A stretch of 64,000 nucleotides of DNA from NCBI GenBank assembly GCA_951406725.2, contig OX597815.1:22568001-22632000 (forward strand), read 5' to 3'. Shown here piece by piece: positions 1-11,785 of the stretch; positions within the stretch are counted from its first letter, which is position 1, and every line of letters starts with the position of its first letter. Both the position numbers and the translations under genes were made by a program. Source of the DNA: Octopus vulgaris (lineage: Eukaryota). The notes under the pieces are model-generated. The model was not told the origin of the DNA. It was given only the letters and a program-made list of their open reading frames with translations, and searched no databases.

Positions 1-147
1 TCCCAGTACGTAACTGGTACTTATTTAATCGACCCCGAAAGGATGAAAGGCAAAGTTGACCTCGGCGGAATTTGAACTCATACCGTAAAGACAGACGAAA
101 TACCGCTAAGCATTTCGTGCTAACGTTTCTGTCAGCTCGCCGCCTTC
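1..147 (-). mobile_element. tRNA-derived SINE (family B), cut by the window edge
   Basis: The reverse complement starts GGCGGCGAGCTGACAGAAACGTTAGCAC, has a B-box-like GAGTTCAAATTCC, then CTTTGCCTTTCATCCTTTCGGGGTCGAT..AAGTACCAG. The same motif recurs many times in the window. Confidence 0.85.
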
Positions 148-199
148 TACATTTAACCATAATATTTATACATCACAGCACCACAGTATCGACCAGAAA

Positions 200-1852
200 G
201 TTAGAAGCTATTATACACCACTGGTCACAATGCGCTTCCAACTGATTTCATTGCGCCATTCTTTTCCATCTTGACCCAAATATTTTGACCAAATCGTCAT
301 CCCGTCGCCATGGAGACCTTCCAAGAGACTATTTCCGAGTTCTTGGATACCAGTAGGTAACTGCACGGATCCACTTATTGTCTGTGAACCTGACAGCATG
401 TCCGGTCCAACGGAAGTTGCGCTTTCAGTACACTGCGATCACGTCGTTCACTCTGCACTTTTCTCGAATTACTCTTGAATGTACTCTCATAGTGATGTTC
501 ATAGCATGGACCTTTCCGTGGCCCTTTGCGACGATGTTCTTTCCGCTTTGTTGTAGCCCTCGTCTCATTTGCGTATACGAGTGCAGGTAGGACGGTGCCA
601 TGGAAGAGTCTGGCAAGTATGGCATTGGTTAGCTTTGTTTGGAGCACATCCTTAGAGTTAAATTCCTTCCAACTTGCCCTTGTTCTCGTTGAGGTTACAG
701 CATCCATATCTCAACACATATTTACTGTGCTCTGTGTAGACATCTCCCTTACCTCCTCACTGTCATCGCTTCACACCGCTATTCGGCCTTGTGCTACGTC
801 TTCTGTCCGGATATATTTTGGTTTGTGTGGTTCAATTTAAGAACCTCTGCAAAGTTCCGAGGATTCAGCTCTGTCAGCAATTTGTGCAAGTGGTCTATGG
901 TTTCAGCCATGAGTACAAAGTCATCCGTCAATCGGGGATGTGTTGGTTGCTCGCCAATTATGTTCACGCTACCTCTCCAGTTTATGTCCTTGATGACAAT
1001 TTCTAGACATACGGCAAAGAGCTTTGAAAAGATGATATCTCCTTGCTTGACACTCTCCTCAATTTCCTTCTTGGTAGCTTGCTGTAAATATTTCACATCA
1101 AAGACTTTGACACGTTGATTTTTCATTGACATATGCAGAGCTTTTTAATTTGATTGCATTGATCGTGGTCTTTGCCGATAGCAAGCGATGGCCACTATCT
1201 GTGTTGAATAATACTACTACTGAGGCGTCCTACAATATGCATTTATCGACCAGGATGTAGTGAATTTCCTTTTCGTATTGAGAGTTTGGGGCTATACAGG
1301 TCCTACCTCCTTTCAGTTTGCTTCCTGTATAGGCTGTTCGCAATATAAAGTCTTCTTGTTTCTGCCATGTAACCAAACATTCCTCTTTTCTGTTTCTTTT
1401 TCCTGACCCAAACTTACCAAAAATTTCTCTCTTTGTCGTCTTTTACCAATCTTTGCGTTGGAATTCCCCATCACTATGGTGTAAGTGAGTTTGTGAGTTA
1501 GCGCTTTCTTTGCCCCTTGGTAGAATTCTTCCATTCCGTCGTCGTTGCTCGTATTTGTGGACGCGGAGCGTAGGTCTGGATGATCTTCAGAGTGACTTTT
1601 CTTGAGGGACGAATGTTTAACACTCTGATGCGTGATGAAAGCAGTTGTGAAGAAACAATTTTCGAAGCCCATTCTTTACTTACGATGAACCCTATACCGC
1701 TTGTTGCTGTCACAACGCTTCCATCTGTCCATCTCATAATTATATATTTATTTCGACATGCTTCACAGAGGCCTTGCACATCGCATTTGATTTTGTTTTT
1801 CTCTCATTCCAGTTCTCCCTGCAAAAGACCTGCTAGTTATAGGTACATATGA
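200..1852 (-). mobile_element. Decayed, internally deleted RTE-clade LINE (AP endonuclease, RT and C-terminal fragments)
   Basis: The 1313-1779 ORFs are AP-endonuclease-like (GIGFIV, IIQTYAP, EEFY, IVMGNSNAKIG). 794-1132 carries RT motifs QGDIIFSKLF and LTDDFVL. 375-707 has LFHGTVLPALVYANET, and the frameshifted tail reads RWTGHAVRFTDNKW..WYPR. Many stops and frameshifts. Confidence 0.88.
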
Positions 1853-1902
1853 CATATGACAAGGGCTGTTATTTGATTCTTTTGCGGCCTATTGGCACCT
1901 GA

Positions 1903-2221
1903 TCCCAGACCGGGCGTTGTGAGTGTTTATTGAGCGAAAACACCTAAAAGCTCCACGAGGCTCCGGCAGGGATGGTGGTGATCCCTGCTGTACTCTTTCA
2001 CCACAATTTTCTCTCACTCTTACTTCCTGTTTCTGTTGTACCTGTATTTCAAAGGACCGGCCTTGTCACTCTCTGTGTCACGCTGAATATCCCCGAGAAC
2101 TACGTTAAGGGTGCACGTGTCTGTGGAGTGCTCAGCCACTTACACGTTAATTTCACGAGTAGGCTGTTCCGTTGACCGGATCAACCGGAACCCTCGTCGT
2201 CGTAACCGACGGAGTGCTTCC
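1903..2221 (+). mobile_element. SINE family A, 5'-truncated copy
   Basis: Near-identical to the copies at 9976, 43561, 50887 and 52898. Degenerate flanking repeat attggcacctga / attggtacttga. Confidence 0.9.
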
Positions 2222-3431
2222 ATTGGTACTTGAGATTCTTTGATATATATTCAAAGTATATAGATCAAATAAGTCATAAAATGATCACTATACAATTGGA
2301 GGTAAGTTCTCAACAAACGGGCTTACTAGAGGCTTTCGATAACTCATTATAGTTTATTCAGTTCATGTTACACTTGGCGATCGTTTGCCTGTTACATCCC
2401 ACATTCTTCAATCTTCTTCACTCATTAAGTCATATCACGTGTTGGTATTTTCCTAGATAGGAAAATTATACAACTGAGCGTAAAATATTGAAATATATGT
2501 AATAATAAACATGCAACCAATATTAAAGTCATAACTATATATTAATTACACAGTGACCGAAACTAAAGGCCAGTAAAATATTCAGTTACAAGTGACTCCA
2601 TAAAAATCAATACATTTTAACTTGATCCTATTTGTATATAAATATTTCTCCAAATATCGAACCAAAGAGTTGCCGGTATTATCGATTTAGATTTTTCTTG
2701 GTAAACTCTGAGAAAAGTTAACGTTTTTAACGGATGGATAAAAAATTGGAAAAGAGAACTTTTATAATATGAAATCCATCAAAAATCTGATCTCATTTTA
2801 CTACTTTGATTTTTCTTTCTTTATTTGTTTTTCTTAGGTTTCTATCAATTTTTTTTCAATTCACTTTTTCTTTATTTCCATATATTTTATAATATCAAAC
2901 TAAGTGAATGTTCTTGAAAAAATGGTAGTCAAACATATAATTTCATTGCAAAGTAACAGAATAAACACATGTTAACTGCATATTATATATTTGAATATGA
3001 GTACATGAATATTAGATAGCTATTTCTCTATGTGTGTAAATATGCATATATGTATACACAATGTACGGGTGAGTATATTATATATATATATAGACATACA
3101 TTTATATAAAAAGAGAGGGAAGTGGAAAGAGAGATTCAAACATAACATGTATACTTTACACACACACACGCACGCACACACAATCACACATAAACACACA
3201 CGTATGTATCTATGAGGGTGAATCAAAATGAAGCAAATAAAAATGCATTACTTCCTGACTAACCCTTGTATGTATATAATTGTGTGTATACGTTACAAAT
3301 GTACGCATGTATGTATTTCATATAAGCATCTGTGCATGTACAATGTACATATTTATGTGCACACATATAGATGGGCGCAAGTATGGATGCCGTTAGAGAC
3401 ATGGATTTTTATACGCTTGCATATGCATTTT

Positions 3432-3790
3432 TCACATGCTAAACTTCTTGAATGTTTTACATATTTTTAGAATCCCTTCGATGCTTCATGCTGTAATCTG
3501 ATTAAGCATATTCTTTCGGGGGGGGGGGGTGAAATTTAGCTTCCCAATAGTGGTACTGAACTTGTTATTCATGATCCAGAGAATAATAAGTAAAGGCAGA
3601 AGTCTGAGGCTACAGTTTGGATGGGATAATGACACGTTTTCTTTATCAATAATTGTCAACATTATATTGACATCTGCTGGACAACTGATTTCAACCACCG
3701 TGTATAATTTTACTTTTCTGTCGCAGATCAGTATGTATGAAGTGTTTTACTTGCATGTTATTGAAGTCATGACAGAGACACTCCACCACT
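3432..3790 (-). mobile_element. Dong/R4-type non-LTR retrotransposon 3' fragment (restriction-like endonuclease region)
   Basis: Minus-strand translation gives WWSVSV..CK*N..YILICDRKVKLYTVVEISCPADVNI..IDKEN and ends LKICKTFKKFSM*, a degenerate RPD..E.CP RLE layout. Confidence 0.7.
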
Positions 3791-3912
3791 ATTCTTTTAT
3801 AAGTAAATATATATATATTATTATATTTCGGAATGGTCATTTTGCCAGTTTAGCCAATAAAAACACACGCACTATATATTTGGTGTTACTTTATTAATCT
3901 TAATCTTATTTC

Positions 3913-3957
3913 GGCCAGAGTTCTTTCGTCACACTCCTGTGACCGCATCAGTGGTCC
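3913..3957 (-). ncRNA. Degenerate hammerhead-ribozyme-like motif in a Penelope-LTR-like repeat
   Basis: Minus strand: GGACCA CTGATGCG GTCAC-AGGAGT-GTGAC GAAA GAAC TC TGGCC. Stem II is a perfect 5 bp; the core and stem III are imperfect. Confidence 0.4.
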
Positions 3958-4184
3958 TTTGCTTTCTTCTTTCTTATTTGTGTGTCTCTCCTTACTAACC
4001 GTCAGCCATTTTGTATTTCTATTGTATGTGTCTTCATTAGCGCATGCGTATATCTCTATGTGCGTCTATGTTTAGTTAGTGTGTGTATGGAGGGAAATGC
4101 CTGTAATATTTGTATCTTCTGTTTATATACGTTCGTGTAATTTGTTTTTGTTTATTCTTATTTTGTTCATGTGTTTACACTCAC

Positions 4185-4185
<1 letters not shown>

Positions 4186-4243
<58 letters not shown>
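4186..4243. repeat. (ATT)n microsatellite
   Basis: Direct read of the tandem trinucleotide. Confidence 0.95.
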
Positions 4244-4244
<1 letters not shown>

Positions 4245-5045
4245 TATTTTTTATTATTTGACTTGTTTCTGCAAGGAAGGAGCTTGTTTCTAACAAAGGT
4301 ATGAGGCTCCATCGCTGGGTATGTAACATAAACAATGTCACATGTTGAACTTGAAAAAAGCCTTGCATATTTCTGCTATTCTACTTACAGAATATATTTG
4401 TAATCTGCGTGTTAGCTGATTGATTTTTTTTTTCTTGTAAAACCTAACTTTTTCAGATTTCTCTTGGACATCTACTAACAAAAACAAAGTGCGCCAATAT
4501 TATTGGTATAAATTTGAATTTATAATCTGGGTATAGAAACTGAAGCTTTCTAAGCAGTTGACCGTAATTATCTTCTTTCTCTTCGATTTATGAATAAATA
4601 ATCACATCAGCAGTGGAGCTGACCTCTATGATGGTACATATTTTTCTTGTCTGTTCCAAACAATTTTGTCTGGACTACTATGTTTGCACTTCGTAGACGT
4701 TTTGATGGAAATGTTCCACAAATATTCCTTTTGCTGATGTTTATATATGCAATCAATAACAGGAAGATTCTCTATAGCTTTACAAGAGCAGTCTTTTCTT
4801 CAAGTGGCAATATATATTATTTTAGCGAGAACATCATGTCACATTTGGGAGTAGTAGACTTTTGGTCAGCTGCTGGTTACATGTCTGATATCTTCCAAAG
4901 AAATGTGATTTAATCGACATTTTCATTTGCATTTTGAGACTCCAAGTACTCAACTATTTCTAGTGTTGTTTTTATTAATATCAGCCATAATCCTAAAGCA
5001 AAATTCCACGTGGTGTAAGATATATATTGTAATCTGGTTTGGTAC

Positions 5046-5046
<1 letters not shown>

Positions 5047-5076
<30 letters not shown>

Positions 5077-5140
5077 TGTATGTATGTATGTATGTATGTA
5101 TGTATGTATGTATGTATGTATGTATGTATGTATGTATGCA
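5047..5140. repeat. (TATG)n microsatellite
   Basis: Direct read. Confidence 0.95.
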
Positions 5141-5920
5141 TGCATGTACGTATGTTTATATAAAAAAAGAAGACTGGTAAAATGTATGATATCATTCATT
5201 CACCATCACACGTGTTTCATTTGCTAACAGGAGTTACAAAATTGTGCATGTATGAAAATATGTAAGATATTTTCCTGTTATAACTTCTTCAAGGGCCCGC
5301 AAATTATCTGATGTGAGAGTTAAAGTTATCAACTTTAAGAAGAGGGAGAACTTACACGAAGAACATAGTCTGCAAAGAAGCATTGGATAGAAAGGTGTAA
5401 GCAAATTGAAATGTGCATTGGCTCTCACGCATCGTCTTGGTTTTATATGTAACCATCGATGTGGTTTTCAGAGTATGTTAAGTTGCATTAAATTTTTACC
5501 CCGTGAAATTGTGACCCCTATATTTTACATATAACATAATTTGTTATATAATAACATTTTTGTTTTCTAAATATGGAATGGTGACCATGAAAATTTTAAA
5601 ATGTAATTTTTTTTTCTCTTTATGGGGGAAATGGTAAAATAAGAATGAATATTCATTTTATGAGTTCTGTATATTATATTTATATATATATATATAATGC
5701 ATTAAGTAATCATTGTATTCCAATTTCTTTCACTTTTCAATGAATAGCAGACTAGCGACTATCTTTTGATACAAACACAACACAGGCTGCACTTTCAGGC
5801 TTTTTGGATAAAGTTTTCAGGAATAACCCAATGGGTTTACAATGAATTCCGTGAAATATTCATGGGTCACGCTATTATAATTATTACTACAATTGTTGAT
5901 GTTGTTGCTGTTGCTGTTTC

Positions 5921-6150
5921 AAAGCGGCGAGCTGTCATAATCGTTAGCAAAGAGAACAAAATGCCCAACGGCGTTTCTTCTGGCTCTACGATCCGAGTTC
6001 AAATGTTGCCGAAGCCGACTTTGCCTTTCATTCTTTCTGGGTCGGTAAAATAAGTACCAGTTGAGCACTGAGGTCGATGTAATCGACTTCCCACTCTCCG
6101 TGAATAAAAAGAAAAAAATGCCAGCCTGGTACCTATCGTAGAAAGAATTA
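5921..6150 (+). mobile_element. SINE family B, diverged copy
   Basis: GCGGCGAGCTGTCATAATCGTTAGC..GAGTTCAAAT..CTTTGCCTTTCATTCTTTCTGGGTCGGTAAAATAAGTACCAG matches the copy at 1-147. Confidence 0.8.
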
Positions 6151-6399
6151 TCAATATGTTGTCCAAAAATTGCATTTAGCGTGACATTAGGCAGATGTAA
6201 CACTTTTCAGCATTGTAAGAGTACTGTAGAAGTGCCTAGTTTAAAGATAGAGTGACGCTGTTTGTTAGTCAAGTCATTGCAGCGTGGTGAGTAACATTTT
6301 CAATCAATGGAATACCTATTTAGTATAATTTATACATCTGAAATAGTTATACGCGATACAATAACAATATCCAGATATGAAAGCAGTATTCTGACTTTG

Positions 6400-6472
6400 A
6401 GTCTACTACCAAAAGTCTACTAGCAAAAGTCTACTATCAAAAGTCTACTACCAAAAGTCTACTATCCAAAGT
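6400..6472. repeat. 14-bp minisatellite (AGTCTACTACCAAA) x ~5
   Basis: GTCTACTA recurs with a period of 14 starting at 6401. Confidence 0.9.
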
Positions 6473-7469
6473 AAATTGACAGAAATGAGAGTTTAAATAT
6501 ATGCTTAATTAATATTTAGTTCACTTTTCTGATTTTTCATTTATTATAGTTGATAGAATAAGTATCAGTCATGCAGGGTTAAGTCAATCGCCTGTATTCT
6601 TACTACAGAAAATTGCGACAATCAATGGGGGTATCTCTAAGTCGTTGATTGATAAGCTAGAAATAGCAGTGAAATCTCTTTCATATAAGCTAGAAATAGC
6701 AGCGAAACGTTTTCTCATATCATACATAGGACGGACACTGAATAATGTAGTAACAGATACTTGAAAAATGAAGGATATCCATGGCTGGAATGCTCGACCT
6801 TGTCGACCTGAGGCTGAACAACAGCAACAATCAATTATAAACACATGTAGATATGTGTAAAATAAAGAAATAACATGTAGATATGTGTATGCTCTCATTT
6901 GCAAACATTTGTCTATTAGTCGGGACGCATTTGCTGTATATTAATAGTGTAATGCTTGCATATATATTAGGGAAAAATGAGAACTAAATATCAATATGTA
7001 TACTTATACATGTATATTCATACATGTATGAAGTATACATAAGAGAGAGGCAGAAAGTCTACGATTGTGTGAGCGTGTGTGAATCTATACGCGCTCGCGC
7101 CTGAGTTTGCTTAAATGCGAATGCACGTATTTACGTAGTATTTGATAGCGAGTTTGGGTGTATATTTAACTATGCGTTTTATGAAGTGTTGTAGGAGGTG
7201 CGATTAGTCAATATATTGTGAGATTGGTCACAAGATTCTGTAACCGAACGCTGCGCCGATGAGATAGCTTCCCTTCATTGCACACGACACAGGGGAAATA
7301 TCACTGATAAACTGAAAAAACACTGTTGAAATTAGAGTCCCAATGAAAGATAAAGAGTGAGAGAGATCTGGTTTACATATAGCTCTATCTATCTACCCAA
7401 TCACCTATCTTTCCATCACTATATCTCTCATTCATTGTTTTATATATGTCTGCTTGCGTTTGTATATTA

Positions 7470-7487
7470 TACACACACACACATATG

Positions 7488-7535
<48 letters not shown>

Positions 7536-7554
7536 ATCACAAACAATATATGTT

Positions 7555-7585
<31 letters not shown>

Positions 7586-7638
7586 GCAATCACAAACAAT
7601 ATATGTTTATGTGTATATTTATATATATATATATATAT

Positions 7639-7678
<40 letters not shown>
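7470..7678. repeat. Compound (CA)n/(TA)n microsatellite with a duplicated ~35-bp spacer
   Basis: tgcaatcacaaacaatatatgtttatgtgt occurs twice between TA runs. Confidence 0.9.
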
Positions 7679-7679
<1 letters not shown>

Positions 7680-8094
7680 ACTGACGCAGACATACATAAT
7701 ACTATATATTCAAACCCACAAATATATACGCCCACGTGCACATAGACATAGAAACTTATGTATCGCATTTCAAATGTTCCCAATAGTGTAAGTATTGTGA
7801 TATTATGAATGCGATTATATGAGTTTGATTAAATGTAGGAAAAGAAGCGTTGAAAAAAAGAGATGAACGTTGAATGGTTGAGATTAAGCATATCCTTCTC
7901 TTGACTGGCATTGGTAGAATTTCAGGAGACAAATGAAATATAGGTGTTTCAGTGAATGAGTTACGATGAATGTGTGAATGTTATGGCTGCTGTATCTATT
8001 TATATCCTTCGGGTTCATGTTTATATCGGTATTTCTTTGTACTCAGTATTATTCTTGTGTAAAAATATTATTATTATTATCAAAGCGGCTAAAA

Positions 8095-8528
8095 AGGGCA
8101 AGCTGGGACAATCGTTAGCATGCTAGACATAATGCATGCGGCATTTCGTCCATCTTCATGTTCTGAGTTCAAATTCCTCTGAGGTCGTCTTTGCCACTTA
8201 TCCTCTCAGGGTCGAGAAAATAAGTACCAATTGAACATTGGGGTCGCTGTAATTGACTAGCCCCTTCACCAACAGATTTCAGGCTTCGTGCTTTTGATAG
8301 ACGGGATTGTTTTCAAGGCGGCGATCAGCCAGGATCTTTACCGCGACGTAGAAAATATTTACAGTATTTCTTTCGGACTTACATTCTCAGTTCAAATCCC
8401 GCCAACGTCGATTTTGCCTTTCATGTTGGGGTCGATAAAATAACTAAGAGCTGAGTACTGGGATCAATGTAATCAACTTTTCCCTTCCCCACAAAATTTC
8501 AGGTCATGTGTCATTAGAATAAAGGATT
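8095..8528 (+). mobile_element. Two tandem diverged SINE family B copies
   Basis: Two successive GTTCAAAT..GGGTCGA.AAAATAA..GGG.TC..TGTAAT units. Confidence 0.75.
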
Positions 8529-8531
8529 AGT

Positions 8532-8880
8532 ATTCTTATTCCATTTACGGACGACGGGTTAGACTGTTGGGAAAAAAATCCTAACATCGGGCAATAACAA
8601 GTAGCCTTAGATGCCAAGAACCTTCCTAAGTATCCTAGCTGTCCCTAATAACACTGTTTTCTGGAACTGCACTAAAGTAGGTTTTATATCTATTTCCTCT
8701 ATCCATCTGTTCAAATTTTTAGGAATAGTTCCTAATGCTCTCGCACTTTCTCGCACTTTCCATAGCCTCCTTAACTCAATTGCTTTCTTTCTCAATTAAC
8801 ACTGTGTCTGGCTTCCTATTCTCTATCTCATGGTCGCACTGAATCATAAAATCCCATAGGATCTTTGCATTATCATTTTC
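8532..8880 (-). mobile_element. Dong/R4-type non-LTR retrotransposon 3' end
   Basis: Minus-strand translation ENDNAKILWDFMIQCDHEIENRKPD, then ELRRLWKV..ALGTIPKNL..QKTVLLGTARILRKVLGI*, then a short 3' UTR. It abuts a (TAA)n tract. Confidence 0.85.
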
Positions 8881-8884
8881 GATG

Positions 8885-8935
<51 letters not shown>
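8885..8935. repeat. (ATT)n microsatellite
   Basis: Direct read. Confidence 0.95.
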
Positions 8936-9104
8936 TCAATTTTACTTCTCAAAGCTCTCTATTTTACTTGCTCCGCTCAATTATACGGACGGCAAATTGC
9001 TGTGAAATGTCTCATAAAAAGTTTCATTCCACAATACTTAAAACCCAATTGCCAATCTCAGAATCCTCACTGTCTCCAACAGAGCAGTTTACTGAGCATG
9101 TACT

Positions 9105-9405
9105 ACCATCATGTCAATTCCAGTTTCTCCGCCGAGGTCAGATTTGCTTCTCATCCTCTAGAGTTTAATAAAATAAGTACCAGTCAAGTACTGTGTTCAT
9201 GAAATCGACTTAACCCTTCTGTAAAATTACTGAGTTTGTACCAAAATGTGAAACCAATAGAGCAGCGAGCTGACAAAATTCTAAGAACGTCAACAATGTT
9301 TTGTCGTATTTCTTCTGATACATTACGTCCTGAGTTCAAATACGCCAATGTCGATTTTATATTTCATTTTTAGAGGGTCGACTAAATAAGTACCAGTCAC
9401 GTACC
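9105..9405 (+). mobile_element. Diverged SINE family B fragments
   Basis: ccgccgaggtcagatttgcttctcatcctc..aataagtaccagtc and gagttcaaat..gggtcgactaaataagtaccagtc. Confidence 0.65.
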
Positions 9406-9975
9406 GTCATTATTGTTACTATATTTATTTGTTGTTCTGATGATTGTCAACGAGGCAAAAACTCTACAGTCCGGTATGAAAGCTTCAGGAAAAAGTTACA
9501 ATCTTTTACAATCTGAGTTCAGATACTGCCAACGTTGATATAGTAAATAATAGTTATGTAGTGAAGTTGATTCGTTCGACAACATATTTACCACTTCCCA
9601 AAAAAATCATTATAGTTGTGGCTAACACTGAAGAACAATATGCACGTCTCTTGTAAACCAACATTGCCGTAGGATTTCAGTACTTGAACATTATCCGATA
9701 CTGGAAATTAGCTGGTCCAGGGAAAATAGGAACAATTCTTAATTCCATCCCCTCTTGTCTTACAAATGTAATATCTGAGTGGCAAAATATTCTTTGTTAT
9801 GGATAGTTCTTACAATAGAATGTCATAAAGGTACTGACTAGGTCTGACTGAACAGAAAAAAAAATGAAAATAATTTGTTGAAATTTCGTTTCTACAACAC
9901 TTTAGCTCAAGCTATTCTTTCTTGTGAGAAAGCGTTCGAAATATTTAGAGCTTTAAACAAATTTCTATGCTATGT

Positions 9976-10323
9976 GGATTATGGAAGCACTCCGTCGGTT
10001 ACGACGACGAGGGTTCCGGTTGATCCGATCAACGGAACAGCCTGCTCGTGAAATTAACGTGTAAGTGGCTGAGCACTCCACAGACACATGTACCCTTAAC
10101 GTAGTTCTCGGGGATATTCAGCGTGACACAGAGAGTGACAAGGCCGGCCCTTTGAAATACAGGCACAACAGAAACAGGAAGTAAGAGTGAGAGAAAGTTG
10201 TGGTGAAAGAGTACAGCAGGGATCACCACCATCCCTGCCGGAGCCTCGTGGAGCTTTAGGTGTTTTCGCTCAATAAACACTCACAACGCCCGGTCTGGGA
10301 ATCGAAACCGCGATCCTACGACC
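9976..10323 (-). mobile_element. SINE family A copy with a 26-bp target-site duplication
   Basis: The body matches the other family A copies. gctttaaacaaatttctatgctatgt occurs at 9950-9975 and 10324-10349. Confidence 0.93.
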
Positions 10324-10581
10324 GCTTTAAACAAATTTCTATGCTATGTACAGACGTCATCTACACGTAAGCTAAACATCCGAATCAAGGGAGAGCATTT
10401 GATAGAAATGAAATGCATATTATAGTATATAAAAATAAGCGAGGGATGAAGTTCTCTCAACCATGAACTAACTTGGATAAGATATACATTATATCCAGTT
10501 CTTATACAGATAATATGAAAGAAATTCATAAATATTAAATTTCTAAATATCTCATGGAGATATGTACGGTGGTGGGGCGAC

Positions 10582-10724
10582 ATAATAGTTGTATACTGTC
10601 AATTTAACGTAAGGACACAGTAAATGTGTCGAAGCCGACAGGAAGCGTTCGATGCTTCCTATGGCTAAACAGCGGTGCTGTAATCCCCTACTGTCACGTT
10701 AAATTGACTGTATACAACTATTAT
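10582..10724. mobile_element. 143-bp MITE-like element with 29-bp terminal inverted repeats
   Basis: ataatagttgtatactgtcaatttaacgt ... acgttaaattgactgtatacaactattat (1 mismatch), plus an internal hairpin aggaagc..gcttcct. Confidence 0.75.
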
Positions 10725-11539
10725 ATGAAAGAAATTATAAATATATAACGAACTCATACCCATCTCCCAACCAAAGAGCAAAAACATAGTTACAATTAAA
10801 ATGGTCTCTAAGATAGTGGCTAAAAATATATTCTAAGGTGTTTAAAATCTAAAGCAAGCAGGTATGATAACACACGTTGTCTTCTCAGTTGATCGAATTA
10901 TTTCAACTCCTTAGATTACATTGTGTTACTCTTGTGCGTGGGTGTTTAGCACGCAGAATGCTCCTATGAATTGCTTTTCATCAGCCTTCTAACTGCGTGA
11001 ATAGTAGAGTTCCACTATTTAACTTCTACATGAAAGTATTTGAAAGTATTATACAAAATAGATAATATTTATATATTTGCTCAATCAAATTATCATTAAC
11101 ACAGAGAATATTTAATTACAGTGACTAAAATCGATTCTTATTAAGTAACCTTTTACTTAAACCACGATATAACAAATTCGTACGCTTTGAGAGACGTTAT
11201 TTTTATAGATTTTCATAGAATTTGCATTCAAAGTTCGATATTATATTCCAACATTTACCTAGAGAAAGAATTAAAAACAGTAAATTTACTGGTAAAATAG
11301 GTAAATCGTTCACTACTGAACGAGATTACCCTAGATGAATTTTTATATTTCATCTAACAATTTCGCTACATAACTGCAACGGTATAACATATTAGACTAG
11401 TTTTCTCTTTCTAATTCAGTATATCTTACAGATATATTATTTTAAAAGTATATATGCCTTAATTTTGTTATTTAGCCTCAGGTGGGTCCTGATGGAGCAG
11501 ACCTGTAATGAAAAGTTTCAAGATGTAACAAGCCTGTAG

Positions 11540-11604
<65 letters not shown>

Positions 11605-11608
<4 letters not shown>

Positions 11609-11785
11609 AGTTTACGAAAAAAAACAAAAGACGAAGACAGGTGGTGTACAAAACAAACAGATGTATTAGTATAACGCTCAGGAATAGAAAAAAGTCTTTT
11701 ACGTTTCGAGCCTACGCTCTTCTACAGAAAGGGACACAGAAAAAACAAGGAGAGAAAAAATGTGTGTAGTGGCTAACGATCTATA
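11605..11785 (-). mobile_element. Penelope-LTR-like short repeat inserted in (TA)n
   Basis: Flanked by TA runs on both sides and contains the hammerhead-like motif at 11696-11731. Confidence 0.55.
11696..11731 (-). ncRNA. Minimal hammerhead-ribozyme-like motif (variant core)
   Basis: Minus strand: CTTT CTGTAGA A GAGC-GTAG-GCTC GAAA CG TA AAAG. Stems I and II pair, stem III is the palindrome ACGT, and the core is CUGUAGA instead of CUGANGA. Confidence 0.5.

Noticed and set aside
1923-2175. Recurrent ORFs MFIERKHLK.. and MVVIPAVLFHHNF.. (also near 10029, 43628, 50941 and 53030)
   Set aside because: They are frames across SINE family A copies. The apparent conservation reflects repeat identity, and indels shift the frames between copies.
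6400-6472. Regularly spaced repeats suggestive of a CRISPR array
   Set aside because: Head-to-tail 14-bp units with no spacers, in a eukaryotic context with no cas genes.
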